Below, piece by piece: positions 35,975-48,176 of a DNA stretch of 64,000 nt. The DNA comes from Podarcis tiliguerta (lineage: Eukaryota), in assembly GCA_965153285.1 (NCBI GenBank), contig OZ229114.1. One strand, given 5' to 3'. The notes under the pieces were generated by a model. The model had not been told where the DNA came from. It saw only the letters and a program-made list of their open reading frames with translations, and ran no database searches. A program made the position numbers and the translations under genes. How positions within the stretch are numbered: the stretch's first letter is position 1; every line of letters begins with the position of its first letter.

Positions 35975-36593
35975 ACTTCTCTGGGCCCAAATGTTTGTGA
36001 TCATGGTTCGAGGCGTACAATTCCACTCACCATTCTTCTAAACTTTAGTTTTAAAGCACTGAGATAGCAAAACATGAGTGTCATTCTCTGAGTGCTATGC
36101 AGATGCCTGACCTCTGTGAGATTGGATAAAAAATACTCACTCTGCCATATTTTTCCAAAGCAGAAATGACTTGTATACCAGCTTAGAGTTTACAAGATTT
36201 TGACATTAAAAATGCATTTTTACATAACATGATTTTTTTTTATGGCTTAAGTGGTGTAAATTGCAGTGTAAAAGCTCCCTGCCTGCCATCCAGTATTATT
36301 TATAGGAGATGCAAACATAGATGTACAGTAGTTGTCTACTGATGTTTTATAAGCTGAAGGAAGGAATGCTGCTCACACTTGGGAATTTTGGACAAAAATG
36401 CACATTAAAAATATCAAGAAGGTCTCACCTGACTGTAGATTTCCTGGGGCACTTTAAAAGTAAAATAAAAAATGAATGTGTGTCCATGTGAAGATTTTCT
36501 TTTGTGTTTCTTATGGCCAAATACAGATGGGCAACTGGCGGCCAAACAAAAGCAAAATTTCAGGTTTCCTCATCCTTATATGAATTTTGAAGG
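35975..36593 (+). repeat. Inverted homolog of ~3843-4520 (Penelope-like RT remnant)
   Basis: Colinear reverse-complement match, e.g. ccactcaccattcttctaaactttagtt and tctgccatatttttccaaa.cagaaa.gacttgtataccagctta. Confidence 0.9.
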
Positions 36594-37202
36594 CAGGCTG
36601 TGTTTCAGATCACGTATTGTTGCAGAAAGTGTGGATTTGGTAGTGTTACCTCTGTATGCAAACTGAATTGAATTTTTGCTCCATTCCTAGTCATGGCTCT
36701 GTGCCCCAAGTATTTAAAGGACCTAGCAATGTCCCTGTGGCTATTTGCTGCCAATCACAGGTTTGGAAAAGACACCTTGCCCCCTTCCATATGTTAACAC
36801 ATCTCCTTCCACTGAGGGAAACCAGGTGTGCTGTATGCGCCAAAGTACTTTATGTCCATCAGTATCCATCGGGAGGGTGTGTAGCTCAGTGGTAGAGTAC
36901 ACGTGTTGAATGCAAATGCCCCCAGCTTCAGTCCCTGGCAGCTGTGCTTAAAATGATCTTGGGTTAGAACCAGAAGAACAATTTTATGCAGTCTGGTGGG
37001 ACTTTATATCTTATGGTTCAAATAATGACCTGCACAATTCCTTACCTGCACCTAATAAAGAAATATGGTTCTCCTGATTCATGTCCTAGTTTAATATTAA
37101 ACCACCCAGTAATTAAGCTGCCCAATAATTAATTTAGTTTAATATTAGTTTAATAATTAATTTAGTTTAATATTAAGCAGTGTTAGTTTAATATTAAGCC
37201 AC

Positions 37203-37203
37203 G

Positions 37204-37250
<47 letters not shown>
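37203..37250. repeat. (GTT)n microsatellite
   Basis: Direct reading. Confidence 0.95.
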
Positions 37251-37314
37251 ATTAATTCATATGCAGAACTGTATTTACCATTATTGTATAAGGATTAGAA
37301 AAATATATTGGGTA

Positions 37315-37500
37315 CAGAGGAGCTAACTCCTAGGGGCTGAGATCTCTTCAACACCCCCCCTAAAATATGTGAGGGGGCAGGGGGGACATTGTCATTCAAA
37401 TTGATTGATTATGTGGGCTGGGCTTATTGATTGATTAGGTGGGCAGGGCTTACCTCCCCCCCCCCCAAAAAAAATCATTTTATTCAAGTTGGCACCTCTG
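37315..37500. mobile_element. hAT-like MITE (related to 56350-56535 in opposite orientation)
   Basis: cagaggagctaactcc...ttattcaagttggcacctctg termini. Confidence 0.6.
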
Positions 37501-38691
37501 CTTGGGTACAAGGGCTGGGAAAGATATTGGGAAACAGCTGTCTGTCACAAGAAGTGACTGTGCCAGATAGACCAATGCTCTGTCTCAGTATAGAACAATA
37601 GATCTGGAAGAAGACTTTAGTGGCAGAAAGTTCTCTGCTACAGCATTTGAGTGGGGTGGTCCAGGAGAGGGCCTTCTCTGTGGCAGCCCCTAAGTGGTAG
37701 AATTCCTTCTTCACAGAGGCGCATCTAGATGGACCAATGGTATGACTCCGTATAAAGCAGCGTTTTCTGTGTTTTCCTTCCAAATATAAGCCAATTCAAT
37801 GTCACCAATGCAAATCACTGGATGGTAGTAAGCATTGGCCCTTAGGTATGATTATATGAAAACAAATATAATCAGGAAAACTGCACTGATAGCAAAGTTT
37901 GAAAATTGGGGGGGAAAGCATCTGTAAACTTTCCCCCCAGATTCCTTCTGTATTTCAAAACATCAGGGTGTCTTTTCTTCTAACCTTGATGTTCTCTTTG
38001 AAACAAGGCACATGTTCCTAGAGCTAGCCCCGTCTTCTCTCCCATAGTGCCTTGAGACATCCTTGCTATTAGTGATAATAGGGACCAGTGAGGAATTATT
38101 AAAAAGGATTGATTGAGAGTGAATGGCTGTACCAGGGCATCGCAGTAGGAGACTCAAGCTTGAAGTGATTATATACAGTGAACAGAGGCTGCTTGGAAGT
38201 GGGGGGAGAGAAAACACGAAACCCTTTTCTGAATCCATGGTGCTTTGACATCACATCAAAGCAGGACCATCACACAGCAATGTGGAAGAAGGAACCACAG
38301 CATTTTTAAGATGACAGCCCTAATTTCTAAACTGAACTTTTAAGTGTTGTCAAATAAATTATTACTGACTCTAACACTTTGGTCGTTGATTTTATGGTGT
38401 GTAATTGGCCCTAGTAAATTCTTTCAAATGGCCCAGGGGAGTTTTATCTGCAGGATTTTTCCCCCTCTCGGCACTGAAGATAAACAAGAACAAGTCTCTC
38501 ACATAAGGGAGCTTCATTGTGGTTTAAGGTTTGACGAGCGCATGTGGGAAGCAGGCATTAATGGGCAAAATAAAGTGGGTTGCCTAATTTTTGACATTTC
38601 ACAGATCAAAGTAGGGACATTTATTTTGCATGTGACAATAAAGGGACTGGCCTGAACACATGCAGGGTCCCTGTGCATGATCCATCCGAAC

Positions 38692-38934
38692 CAGGGGTCA
38701 GCAAACTTTTTCAGCAGTGGGCCAGTTCACTGTCCCTCAGACCTGGGGGGGGGGGGGCAGACTATATTTTGAAGGGAAAAAATTAACAAATTCCTATGCC
38801 CAACAAATAAAATTTAAATAAAATCACACATTCTACTCATGTAAAAACACGCTGATTCCCAGACCGTCCGCAGGCCGGATTTAGAAGGCAATTGGGGCGG
38901 ATCCAGCCCCCGGGCCTTAGTTTGCCTACCCTTG
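38692..38934. mobile_element. hAT-type MITE (same family as 1771-2021)
   Basis: CAGGGGT...ACCCTTG; TSD atccgaac/atctgaac. Confidence 0.85.
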
Positions 38935-39162
38935 ATCTGAACCCGCCATTTTTGCTAGTCTGGATCACTATTCACTTTTGCTCCCATACAAATACGACAA
39001 ACCTTGAATACAGGAAGATCAGAGCCTGGGCCACCAAAAGCAATGACAGGCCAGCCCTACTATTAGGCTGAGAAGTAGCTGCCTCAGGCAGCTGATTTTG
39101 CTATCTTGAAGAGTGACAAATCATTCAAAATTTTATTTTTTATTATTGCAGATTTACAAATG

Positions 39163-39310
39163 AGGGACGGGCTGTAGGGCAGTAGTACAGCATCTGCTTT
39201 GCGTGCAGAAGGTCACATGTTCAATCCATAGCATTTCCAGATAAGACTGGGGACATCCTCTATTTTAAATCCTGGAAAGTCACTATAAGCAATACTGAGC
39301 TAGATGGAAA
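39163..39310 (+). mobile_element. tRNA-derived SINE (Squam2-like), degraded
   Basis: agcatctgctttgcgtgcagaaggtc..gttcaatcc head; aatactgagctagatgga tail. Confidence 0.65.
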
Positions 39311-39721
39311 ATGGAAGGGAGAGGGAGACATGCTTGTGAGATTTTCTACCTTAGGTGCTGACTTAGATTGCCTGCTTTGAGATCTGTGCACCTTGACTTA
39401 GGGAAAGAGTAGAGGACCATTTGCTGTTCCACTTTGGTCAGTCCTTGGGCTGCCTTGTGCAACTCCCTCTTTCACCCATGTAATTTCTACACTTCCATAA
39501 CTGCACAAGTACCTGACTTCTAAATACCATAGGGATTGGAAAGGAGTGGAGCGGAATTTGAAAAAGTCTAGTGCATGTTATTTGCGCACTGCAAACCACA
39601 AAATCACATCTGTCTTGAATTCTCCTTGCAGATACAAAGCTGGCAAAACATATTAATTATGTGCCAGTTTTCTATATGTTGGGACATTTTGACATGGGGA
39701 ACAAGTATATTATGAGGTTGA

Positions 39722-40218
39722 ATGCTACCTTTGAAACTGACCCGGAAACTACAACTAATACAGAATGCAGCAGCTAGACTGGTGACTGGGAGTGGCCGCT
39801 GAGACCATATAACACCGGTCTTGAAAGACCTACATTGGCTCTCAGTACGTTTCCAAGCACAATTCAAAGTGCTGGTGCTGACATTTAAAGCCCTAAATGG
39901 CCTCGGTACCTGAAGGAACGTCTCCACCCCCATCATTCTGCCCGGACACTGAGGTCCAGCGCTGAGGGCCTTCTGGCGGTTCCCTCACTGTGAGAAGCCA
40001 AGTTACAGGGAACAAGGGAGAGGGCATTCTCGGTAGTGGCACCCACCCTGTGGAATGCCCTCCCACGAGATGTCAAAGAGAAGAACAACTACCAGATTTT
40101 TAGAAGACATTTGAAGGCAGCCCTCTTTAGGAAAGCTTTTAATGTTTAACAGACTACTGTATTTTAATACTTTGTTGGAAGCCGCCCAGAGTGGCTGGGG
40201 AAACCCAACCAGATGGGT
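39722..40218 (+). mobile_element. L2-clade LINE 3' fragment
   Basis: Translates as RKLQLIQNAAARLVTG...HITPVLKDLHWL...KVLVLTFKALNG and RAFSVVAPTLWNALP; ends gggtataaataataaa. Confidence 0.9.
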
Positions 40219-40280
40219 GGGGTATAAATAATAAATTCTGTTCTGTTCTACCAGCCTATGAAAGTTGTACAAATAATAAA

Positions 40281-40882
40281 GGAGTGGGTGGTGCTGTGGT
40301 CTAAACCACTGAGCCTCTTGGGCATGCTGATCAGAAGGTGGGCAGTTCAAATCCCTGTGATGGGGTGAGCTCCCGTTGCTCTGTCCCAGTTCCTGCCAAC
40401 CTAGCAGTTCAAAAGCACACCAGTGCAAGTAGATAAATAGGTACTGCTGCAGCAGGAAGGTAAATGGCATTTCCGTCTACCAAATTTATCATCTTCATTA
40501 GACACTTAGAAGATTATTTCATGTCACTCTTCTAAGGAATACGTCAGACAGACAGAAAAGATGAAAAAAAATAGAAATGAATGTACTACGGCACTGACAA
40601 AATAAGATTTGTATTTTGTACATAATGGACTTGGTTGTCAACTGAATAAGCTACATTTTAATATATTATGCCACAATGTTGATTTTGACAGTATGAGAAG
40701 CTGTGTCTAATTTTTTGAGAAGTAGTTTCTAGTAAATAACTTTGCAATTGTTATCATACAGCCTACTACGTTTTTGTGGAGAAATGCTGGCTCCCTCGCC
40801 CTGAAAGCAAGATGAGCACCGCAACCCCATAGTCATATTTGACTGGACTTAACTGTCCAGGGGTCCTTTATCTTTTTAGCTT
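40281..40882 (+). mobile_element. Sauria SINE split by a ~300-bp unrelated insert (40477-40774)
   Basis: 5' half to 40476, 3' half from ~40775; one 13-bp TSD tacaaataataaa flanks the whole. Confidence 0.85.
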
Positions 40883-40949
40883 TACAAATAATAAAAGCAA
40901 TGGTATTAGTAGTTGTAAAATCATCACCTCTTACTACAAACTAGACCTG

Positions 40950-41470
40950 TCGGTCACCAAGGAACAATCTAAGTCCTGGCATTTTTCTTAAACTAGAAAT
41001 CCATAAGTTTGGCTTTTACTCCTTGCTCCCTTATATGGTAAGCTTAGGTATATACTTTTTCTTTTAGCAGACACTTTCCTGCAGCTTTTTCTTTTTAATG
41101 TCTGGATTGAGATATTGTAAAGAACTTCAGGAGTACCTGCCTCGACTTATGCAGCCTTGTACAGATCCCGTGTCTCCTCAAACAAGCCCCAAATCCCTCT
41201 CATCTCCTTGTCTTAGGTCAGAATTTGTCTGACTCTAACCCTTATTACATTGCTTCAGTGAATGAATACACCCCTTCTGCCAGTATTGCAGTTCAGTAAT
41301 TCCCAAGGCTGTAAATAAATCTGTCTTTCCCAAACAGCCTTTTAAGGTGCCAAGGAATATTTTGATCACATTCTTATCTTGGATCCATGAGCCAAATGTT
41401 CTCTCTTTCCTGCCAGGCACATTTGTCAAATCTGAATTTCTCAAGCTACACCAAGGGAGTCTGCAAACAT
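40950..41470 (-). mobile_element. Decayed L1/Tx1-like ORF2 fragment (may extend to ~42900)
   Basis: PW..RNSDL..VPG....TFGSW, then ttctttacaatatctcaatccagacat, read as a frameshifted FFQYLQIRH motif. Confidence 0.45.
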
Positions 41471-41585
41471 ACCCACAACAAGTTTAAATAATCTATCTGC
41501 CAATTTTGGGTGTGTGGGTTGTGAGTTTTTTTGTTTTGATTTGCTTTTTTTGCATGCAATGATAAATGAAATGCATTTTCGTCTT

Positions 41586-42036
41586 TGTCAGGAGTGCGTG
41601 CAGGAGCCAGGCCCTGTGACCTTCGCAGGACTGGGGCCTTCCTAAGTTTGTTCTGGAGAGGCAAGGCACAGCTGCACAGGTGAAGCTGCTTGGTAACTCA
41701 CTGCACCTGGTGGCAAGAGCTGGGAAGGGATATAAGGTCAGCATTTCCCTTTGGCTCTTCACCACAGCAACATGTTTCCTGCCTAGCTGCGTTTGGTTTC
41801 TTGCTTCCTGATCCTCAGACCTCGGCTTCTTGACTCCTTGCTTCTCAACCCTCAGACCCTTGACTTCATGACTCCTTGCTCCTTGACTCTTGGATCCATG
41901 ACTTTGTGACTCCCTGCTTTCTGACCCTCGGACCCCTGGCTTTTGGACTCTAGTTCCTGCTCCCACCCCGCCATCTTGCCCCTCGTCCCAACGTCCTCAG
42001 CCGTGACTTCAATCTCGCATAGACCAGACCATGACA
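41586..42036 (+). mobile_element. Gypsy-like solo LTR
   Basis: TGTCA...TGACA termini; perfect 5-bp TSD gtctt; TATA-like gatataagg; internal short tandem repeats. Confidence 0.88.
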
Positions 42037-43004
42037 GTCTTCAGGGGGAAGAATTTTATCTGCAAGTGACACATTCTTAACTCTAGCTCTACTTATGCCC
42101 ACTTTATTTGATTCCTGACTTCCAGGTTAGTGCACAAGCTGTGAAGTGAGACCTCCAGGCCCTCTGAAGCTAGTTGCTCATAATAAAGTTTGACCAAACT
42201 GTGGGTTTGTGATGGCACAAAGTGATTTTTCCCCATGAAGAAAATCCCTGAAGGCAGGTATTTCATTGCTTGGATACTATAGGATAACCAGCCTCATATA
42301 ACCAAAATTGTTATTTTGGTTCACTGAGCTGTAGCTTTTCAAGGATTTTGCCTATCGGAGAAACTCACCCAAGGACTGTACTTGTCAACTATTGAAGTGT
42401 TGATGTGCATCTTTGTTTTTAAGTCCTTGGCAACTTCATATTTTGCTAGGAGTACAAGCTGACCCTTATTGAAAATGTTCGTTGACTGATTTCTACTGCT
42501 TAGAATTTGCTTTCTGTGGAGTTTTGCATGACTGAAAAGGAAGGGGGTCGTGAACTTTGGCTTCATTTTATTAAGGTTTCATTGGCATTAGCGCTACACA
42601 CAGTTAGAAAATGGAGAAAATCAATATATTTTGTTCAACATGATTGAAGTCGCAGAACAGAGTTCTATTTTGGTCTAGGAAAGTACAGCAAAAACAGAGT
42701 TGGGTGATAGAAATCAATTCAAGCCTGTAATTCAGAAACAATTGGGTGGTAAAAGTTTTGTTTTGCTATGATTCCTATTAGTTGAAGTTGATTGATTCCG
42801 TGAATAAAAAACTACATGGAAAAAAATTATGCAGCAATGAACAACTTTCTCATTGATGATTTGTTTCAAAACACACTGATACAAGTGAAACTGTTATTTT
42901 ATTTAAAGGGGGGAAACCAAGGCAAGTCCCATCTTTTTGGACTTTTCTCTGGCTGCCAAAAGTGGGATTTGTGTCCGTCTGTAAGTCTGGCATACAGAAA
43001 GCAG

Positions 43005-43392
43005 ATCTCTGCTCTGTGATGCTCAACAAGATAGGATGCCCACCTAAGTTTCACGATGATCATGTCCTCCCATAAGAACACCCTTGGCACAATCCACTAT
43101 GACAGCTCATCCTCAGATGCCTTCCCTATTATGAGTGGTGTAAAACAGGGCTGTGTTCTCACCCCAGCTCCCTTTAACATATTCTTTTCCCTGGTGCTCT
43201 CATATGCCTTCAGCTTGACTGATGATGGTGTGTACTTTCATTCAAGGAGCAACCTCCAAGCTGCAACAAAACATGTCTCTCCCATGTCAGTTTCTACAGC
43301 CACAGCAGGTGCTGTGACTCTGCAATGTTTTGACTTCACCCCTAAAGGTGCACTCCTCCATTGTTTCCCAAGACAGATGCCAACAACAGATG
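43005..43392 (+). mobile_element. RTE LINE fragment: RT segment joined to the 3' end
   Basis: SDAFPIMSGVKQGCVLTPAPFNIFFS (RT motif), then LYSHSRCC-like C-terminus and ccattgtttcccaagacagatgccaacaac tail. Confidence 0.8.
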
Positions 43393-44451
43393 CTGGCAGT
43401 GCTCTGCTGGCACAGGCTGGCAGGGCTGGTGGAGGGAAACTGCAGTCAGCCTCCCTCCTACCCAGGGCACAAAGTTGGTTTGGATGACTCTGCAAGTCCA
43501 GGAAGTGTGAATTAGACTAGTTTACTTTGGAATGTGGAGTGAATGGAATTTTCCAGCACTCCTAGTCTTCTGGCTGAGATCTGGGTGTGCAGAATCAGGA
43601 CTGGATGTCACTCAATTGCAACAAATAAGGTATATTTCAGGGTTAAGAAGATATGTCAGTGAAAACGAGAACAAACGAGAAAACACTTTTAACTTGCATC
43701 GGAAGTATAAGTAACAAAGACATCAAGTGGCAGAAATGCCTAACATTTACGTACTAAGGTTTAGATTCTAAATTCACACACGTATTCCTGGAAAAATAAT
43801 TACAAGACAAACTGGCTCAAGAGACATATCAAGCATACTAAATTCACAAAGAAAGGAAACAAGCTTTGTCAAAAACTTTGATGTCTGTTCCAGACATCTC
43901 CATTTTCATTTTGTTTTACTGTCAAACTCATCGTAGCAGTGGTGACACTTGAAAAGAAACATTTGAAAAAGTTTCAATTTAACTTGAAGTTCAGTTGATA
44001 CAACACAGTAGATAGCAAAGTTTTCTATTCCTGATTAAAACCTCCTTTAAATTCTGGTAGTCAGATACATGATTTCAGGGTCTAGTGCGGTGAGACGGCT
44101 TTAAGCCAGAGAGGACACTTGGGAATATGTCTCGACTGAGGCTCAAACTGCAGGTTCTCTATCATTTCATGCTCAGAAACTCCAAGCACAGATTCCTTTT
44201 TGAAGGGATCAAGAACATAAGAAAAGAAAAGGGAAACTGTGAGGGACAATGCTAAGATCTGCCAGGACAGCTTAGGAGGCAGCAAATCTCTGGCTCAGCC
44301 AGCAGGTTCCTAGCTCAGCCAGGTTCAGATGGTGGGAAGGCCTCAACACTGATTCAGCCAAAAATATACCAGCATAACTTGCTCATCCTGGCTCAGCCAG
44401 TGCAGGGTTCACTCCCTAAGCATTTCTCACAAATTAGTATAGGCACAAAGC

Positions 44452-44792
44452 AGTAGAGGTTTAGGATCAAAGTTTTCCTTCTCCTAGGTGGGCTACCTTC
44501 CCAAGTTGACAAGTCCCATCTGCTTCACTCTTCCTTCTAAAGCATGTGCAGAAAATGCATTCTTGATTGTTGGACACACTTGTCTACTCAAGCCTGTCTT
44601 TGCATGCAGGGGAAGTCCCTGGTTTAGCTAGCCAGTCGAAGCCGTTCCAGGGGTGTCGTCACTGTTGCATGCCGACAGCTTCCAGGAGCCATAGATGAGA
44701 GCGGAGTGTAGGGTGGGGACCAAAGGTGGACAAAGTACCCCAGAAGGAGCATGATGTGTCCATTACCAAAGGTATCCATCCCCTAACACCCC
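44452..44792 (-). mobile_element. Second RTE-type 5' end carrying the HDV-like ribozyme remnant
   Basis: Reverse complement is colinear with ~20400-20800. Confidence 0.65.
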
Positions 44793-46265
44793 ATTCATCC
44801 CATCACTGAACTGGTCAGTTTATATTAAAATGGGAACTGAATCAAATTTCTTCCCCAGCCCTACCACACCTTCCATTCCTATTAATACCATTTAACACCT
44901 TTGCTAGTACTAAGCTTCCAGGTAATAGCCATTCCTGCAATTCTGACCTTACATAAAACAGCCAGTGATTAGGTGGACTATGAGACATCATTTCAGTTAC
45001 ATATGGACCTCACATCCAATGCCAAATACTGGAAAGAAAAAAGGGGAACATATCATGTTTGCTTCATCCTACCAGAATACAACTGATGGCATTTTGTTTC
45101 AGCTTCAACTTTCAATGACTATTGAATAGCAGTGGTTATGGGAACAATTGAGTACAGCTTTATTACTGAAGTTCATTCACAATCCTAGAAATGGGTCACA
45201 TGGCAAATTATTTCTCTGCTTTGGGAAACAGGTGTGCCTCTAACGACATGCACCACCTTACGTGGCCATATCCTTGCCAAGATGAGGTACTAAGCAAACT
45301 GTGTTTGTTGTGCCCAGTTTCCAAAGCTTTGCTGTATCTGAAGGAGCAGCTGCATTGCACTGATGAAAAATCTCTACTTCATCCCTAAGAATGTCAACTG
45401 TTCAATATCCTCGGCATCCAATCACTGGCTCTACCAAAAGCATTACTTGTGGAGGGAAAGTGAGATAGTCTGGCTCCGCACAATGTTTGCACATACAAGC
45501 CACAGCTCACTTTCTGCTGAAACAGATTAACAAGCATAGGACATATTCATAGAATTTGCAGAGTTTGAAGGGCCCCAGAAGGGTCATCTGTTCTGCAATG
45601 CAGAAATCGCAGCTAATGAAAAGCACAAACAAATAGATTTGTAAATAAAACAACGAACGTTTTAGCGATAAATAATAATTATGTTCTGCGTAACGCCCAA
45701 ATAGTCTTCTAAGCAGTTTGCGAAGTCCAAAATACCAGCTACGCAAACATTAAAATATAAACACCCATAATTAAAACACACAAGAAAACAGTGTCATTAA
45801 AACAATACAGCAATTAAAAACTGCAGACGGAGAATTCAAGCATACGCCTTTGTAGATGCAGGTGCACCTACAAAAAAAGAATAGCACTAACATTTTTAAA
45901 AGACCGGCAAAGCAATGGTATAGCAAGATCCCACCAGAATAAGTGGAGTAAGGATCCAGCAGATCAGCAGGTGAAGAGAGAGGCTCCCAGCACAGCTGAG
46001 TTATGCCAGCATAACTCTCCATCCTCAGCTTGCTCAGCTGCAGATGCTCCAGTGTATTCCCCCCATCGTTTCTCAGCTGGGACCCAGCTGGCTCAGGCAA
46101 ACCAGGCAAATCCTATATTGGCATAAGCCTGAAAAGGGGGTGCTCTGGGGGAAGGGGAGGTGGAGGAGTGGGACCAGAGAGTGGGGATGTAAGCTGGATC
46201 CTAAGCCCATTCAGCCGAGTCACAGGACCAGGCAACCCAGTATACATTAAGCTGGCAAAACAGGT

Positions 46266-46623
46266 AAAGGTAAAGGTACCCCTGCCCGTACGGGCCAGTC
46301 TTGACAGACTCTAGGGTTGTGTGCCCATCTCACTCAAAGAGGCCGGGGCCAGCGCTATCCGAAGACACTTCCGGGTCACATGGCCAGCGTGACATCGCTG
46401 CTCTGGCGAGCCAGAGCCGCACACGGAAACGCCGTTTACCTTTCCGCTAGTAAGCGGTCCCTATTTATCTACTTGCACCCGGAGGTGCTTTCGAACTGCT
46501 AGGTTGGCAGGCGCTGGGACCGAACAACGGGAGCGCACCCCGCCGCGGGGATTCGAACCGCCGACCTTTCAATCGGCAAGCCCTAGGCACTGAGGCTTTA
46601 GCCCACAGCGCCACCCGCATCCC
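46266..46623 (-). mobile_element. Young full-length Sauria SINE
   Basis: CpG-rich, intact B box (GGTTCGAATCC on minus), ACCTTT tail, 12-bp TSD ggcaaaacaggt. Confidence 0.95.
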
Positions 46624-47398
46624 GGCAAAACAGGTGGTGTAACTCAAATCCTGTTTTAGGCACATTGGTACCCAATGCTGTAAGAAACTAGTAAAAATTA
46701 TCATCTGCTTTCTAGTTCTCTTCCCTCTACTGTTCAGGCAGTAAGTTATTCTTCCAGAGCATTTGGAAAATCGAACTCTACTTATCAGAATACCTCTATC
46801 AGGGGAAGGGAGCCCTTCACCCTGTCTAATGGCTGGTCTGACTCTGTTTGACTTTCTGTAGTCTGCTGCCATGCTGCTGATGATGCAAGACTAAGGCTTA
46901 GGATCTTGGTCACCTGAAATCAGTGGGGCTAAGTCATTTTCAGTCCAGGAATTCTGGTGTGATTCTTTCACAGACTGAGCTATGGCAAACTATATGCAGA
47001 ATGTTAAGCTGTCCTATAAATGTGAGGACTGACAAAGAATGCCTTTTGGTGTGATATGCAAATATTTTGCTGAGGCTTATTTGAGATGACATTCAGAGAA
47101 GGGCATCCCAACCTCATTCTAATGTGGTCATTAAGCCACATCACCATCTATTCTCTGTATTTATTCTTGGCACATATGATTGCACAGCTGAGAGAAAAGG
47201 AAGAGGGGCTCCATGGTTTATGAGATTTTGCTGCCATCTTCTGATTAACGGGCGTTGTTTGGGGACAGAACGATGCTACTCAGTTCAAAGAATAAATTGG
47301 TCCTGTCCCTTAGTGGGGCAAAGAGGCAGGAGTAACAAATGCAGAGATCACAGACATTATGAATGCCTGTTTATACTTCTCCTTTCTTTGCATCCTTA

Positions 47399-47660
47399 AA
47401 AACATAAGAACCTACTGAATCAGGTCAATGTCCTATCTAGTCCAGCATCCTGTGGCCAGTCAGATGTCTGTGGGATGCCAGCAACAGGACCTGAACACAA
47501 GAGCATTTCGCCCTTATATGGCTTCCAGCAACTGCTATTCAGAAGCATTTCTGCCATCTGCTATGGAGGCAGAACTCAGCCATCATGGCTAGTAGCCATG
47601 GATAGCTTTAGCCTCCATGAATTTGTCCAGTCCTCAGTTGAAGCCTTCCAAGTTGGTGGG
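47399..47660 (-). mobile_element. CR1 3' fragment
   Basis: aacataagaa tail, atctagtccagcatcctg, ggcttccagcaactg.tattcagaagc. Confidence 0.7.
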
Positions 47661-47781
47661 CACACACCAACTTTTTGGGATTAAGCCCCACTGAAATCAA
47701 TGGATGTTACACTTGAGTAGACAGAATACACAGTAAAGCTGCATGCACACCACATTTTAAAGGCAAGTTTAAAGCACATGA

Positions 47782-48176
47782 TCGCCGAAGAATTGATGCT
47801 TTTGAATTATGGTGCTGGAGGAGACTCTCGAGAGTCGCATGGACTGCAAGATGATCAAACCTATCCATTCTGAAGGAAATCAGCCCTGAGTGCTTACTGG
47901 AAGGACAGATCGTGAAGCTGAGGCTCCAATACTTTGGCCACCTCATGAGATGAGAAGACTCCCTGGAAAAGACCCTGACGTTGGGAAAGATGGAGGGCAC
48001 AAGGAGAAGGGGACGACAGAGGACGAGATGGTTGGATATTGTTCTCGAAGCTACCAGCATGAGTTTGACCAAGCTGCGGGAGGCAGTTGAAGACAGGAGC
48101 GCCTGGCGTGCTCTGGTCCATGGGGTCACGAAGAGTCAGACATGACTAAACGACTAAACAACAACAACAACAACAA
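47782..48176 (+). mobile_element. BovB (RTE) LINE 3' fragment
   Basis: RRRIDAFELWCWRRL...LQYFGHLMR...EKTL.LGK.EG..RRGRQR.RWLD; (CAA)n tail; 11-bp TSD aaagcacatga. Confidence 0.95.

Noticed and set aside
3843-36593. Giant TIR element (Maverick/Polinton-like) bounded by the inverted pair
   Set aside because: No TSD, no characteristic termini, no polymerase or integrase remnants, and the interior looks like ordinary host DNA.
42369-42531. Minus-strand 163-nt exon with good splice sites (HAKLHRKQ...KYSPW)
   Set aside because: No recognisable protein, phase does not match the next candidate exon at ~41460, and the surroundings look like decayed LINE.
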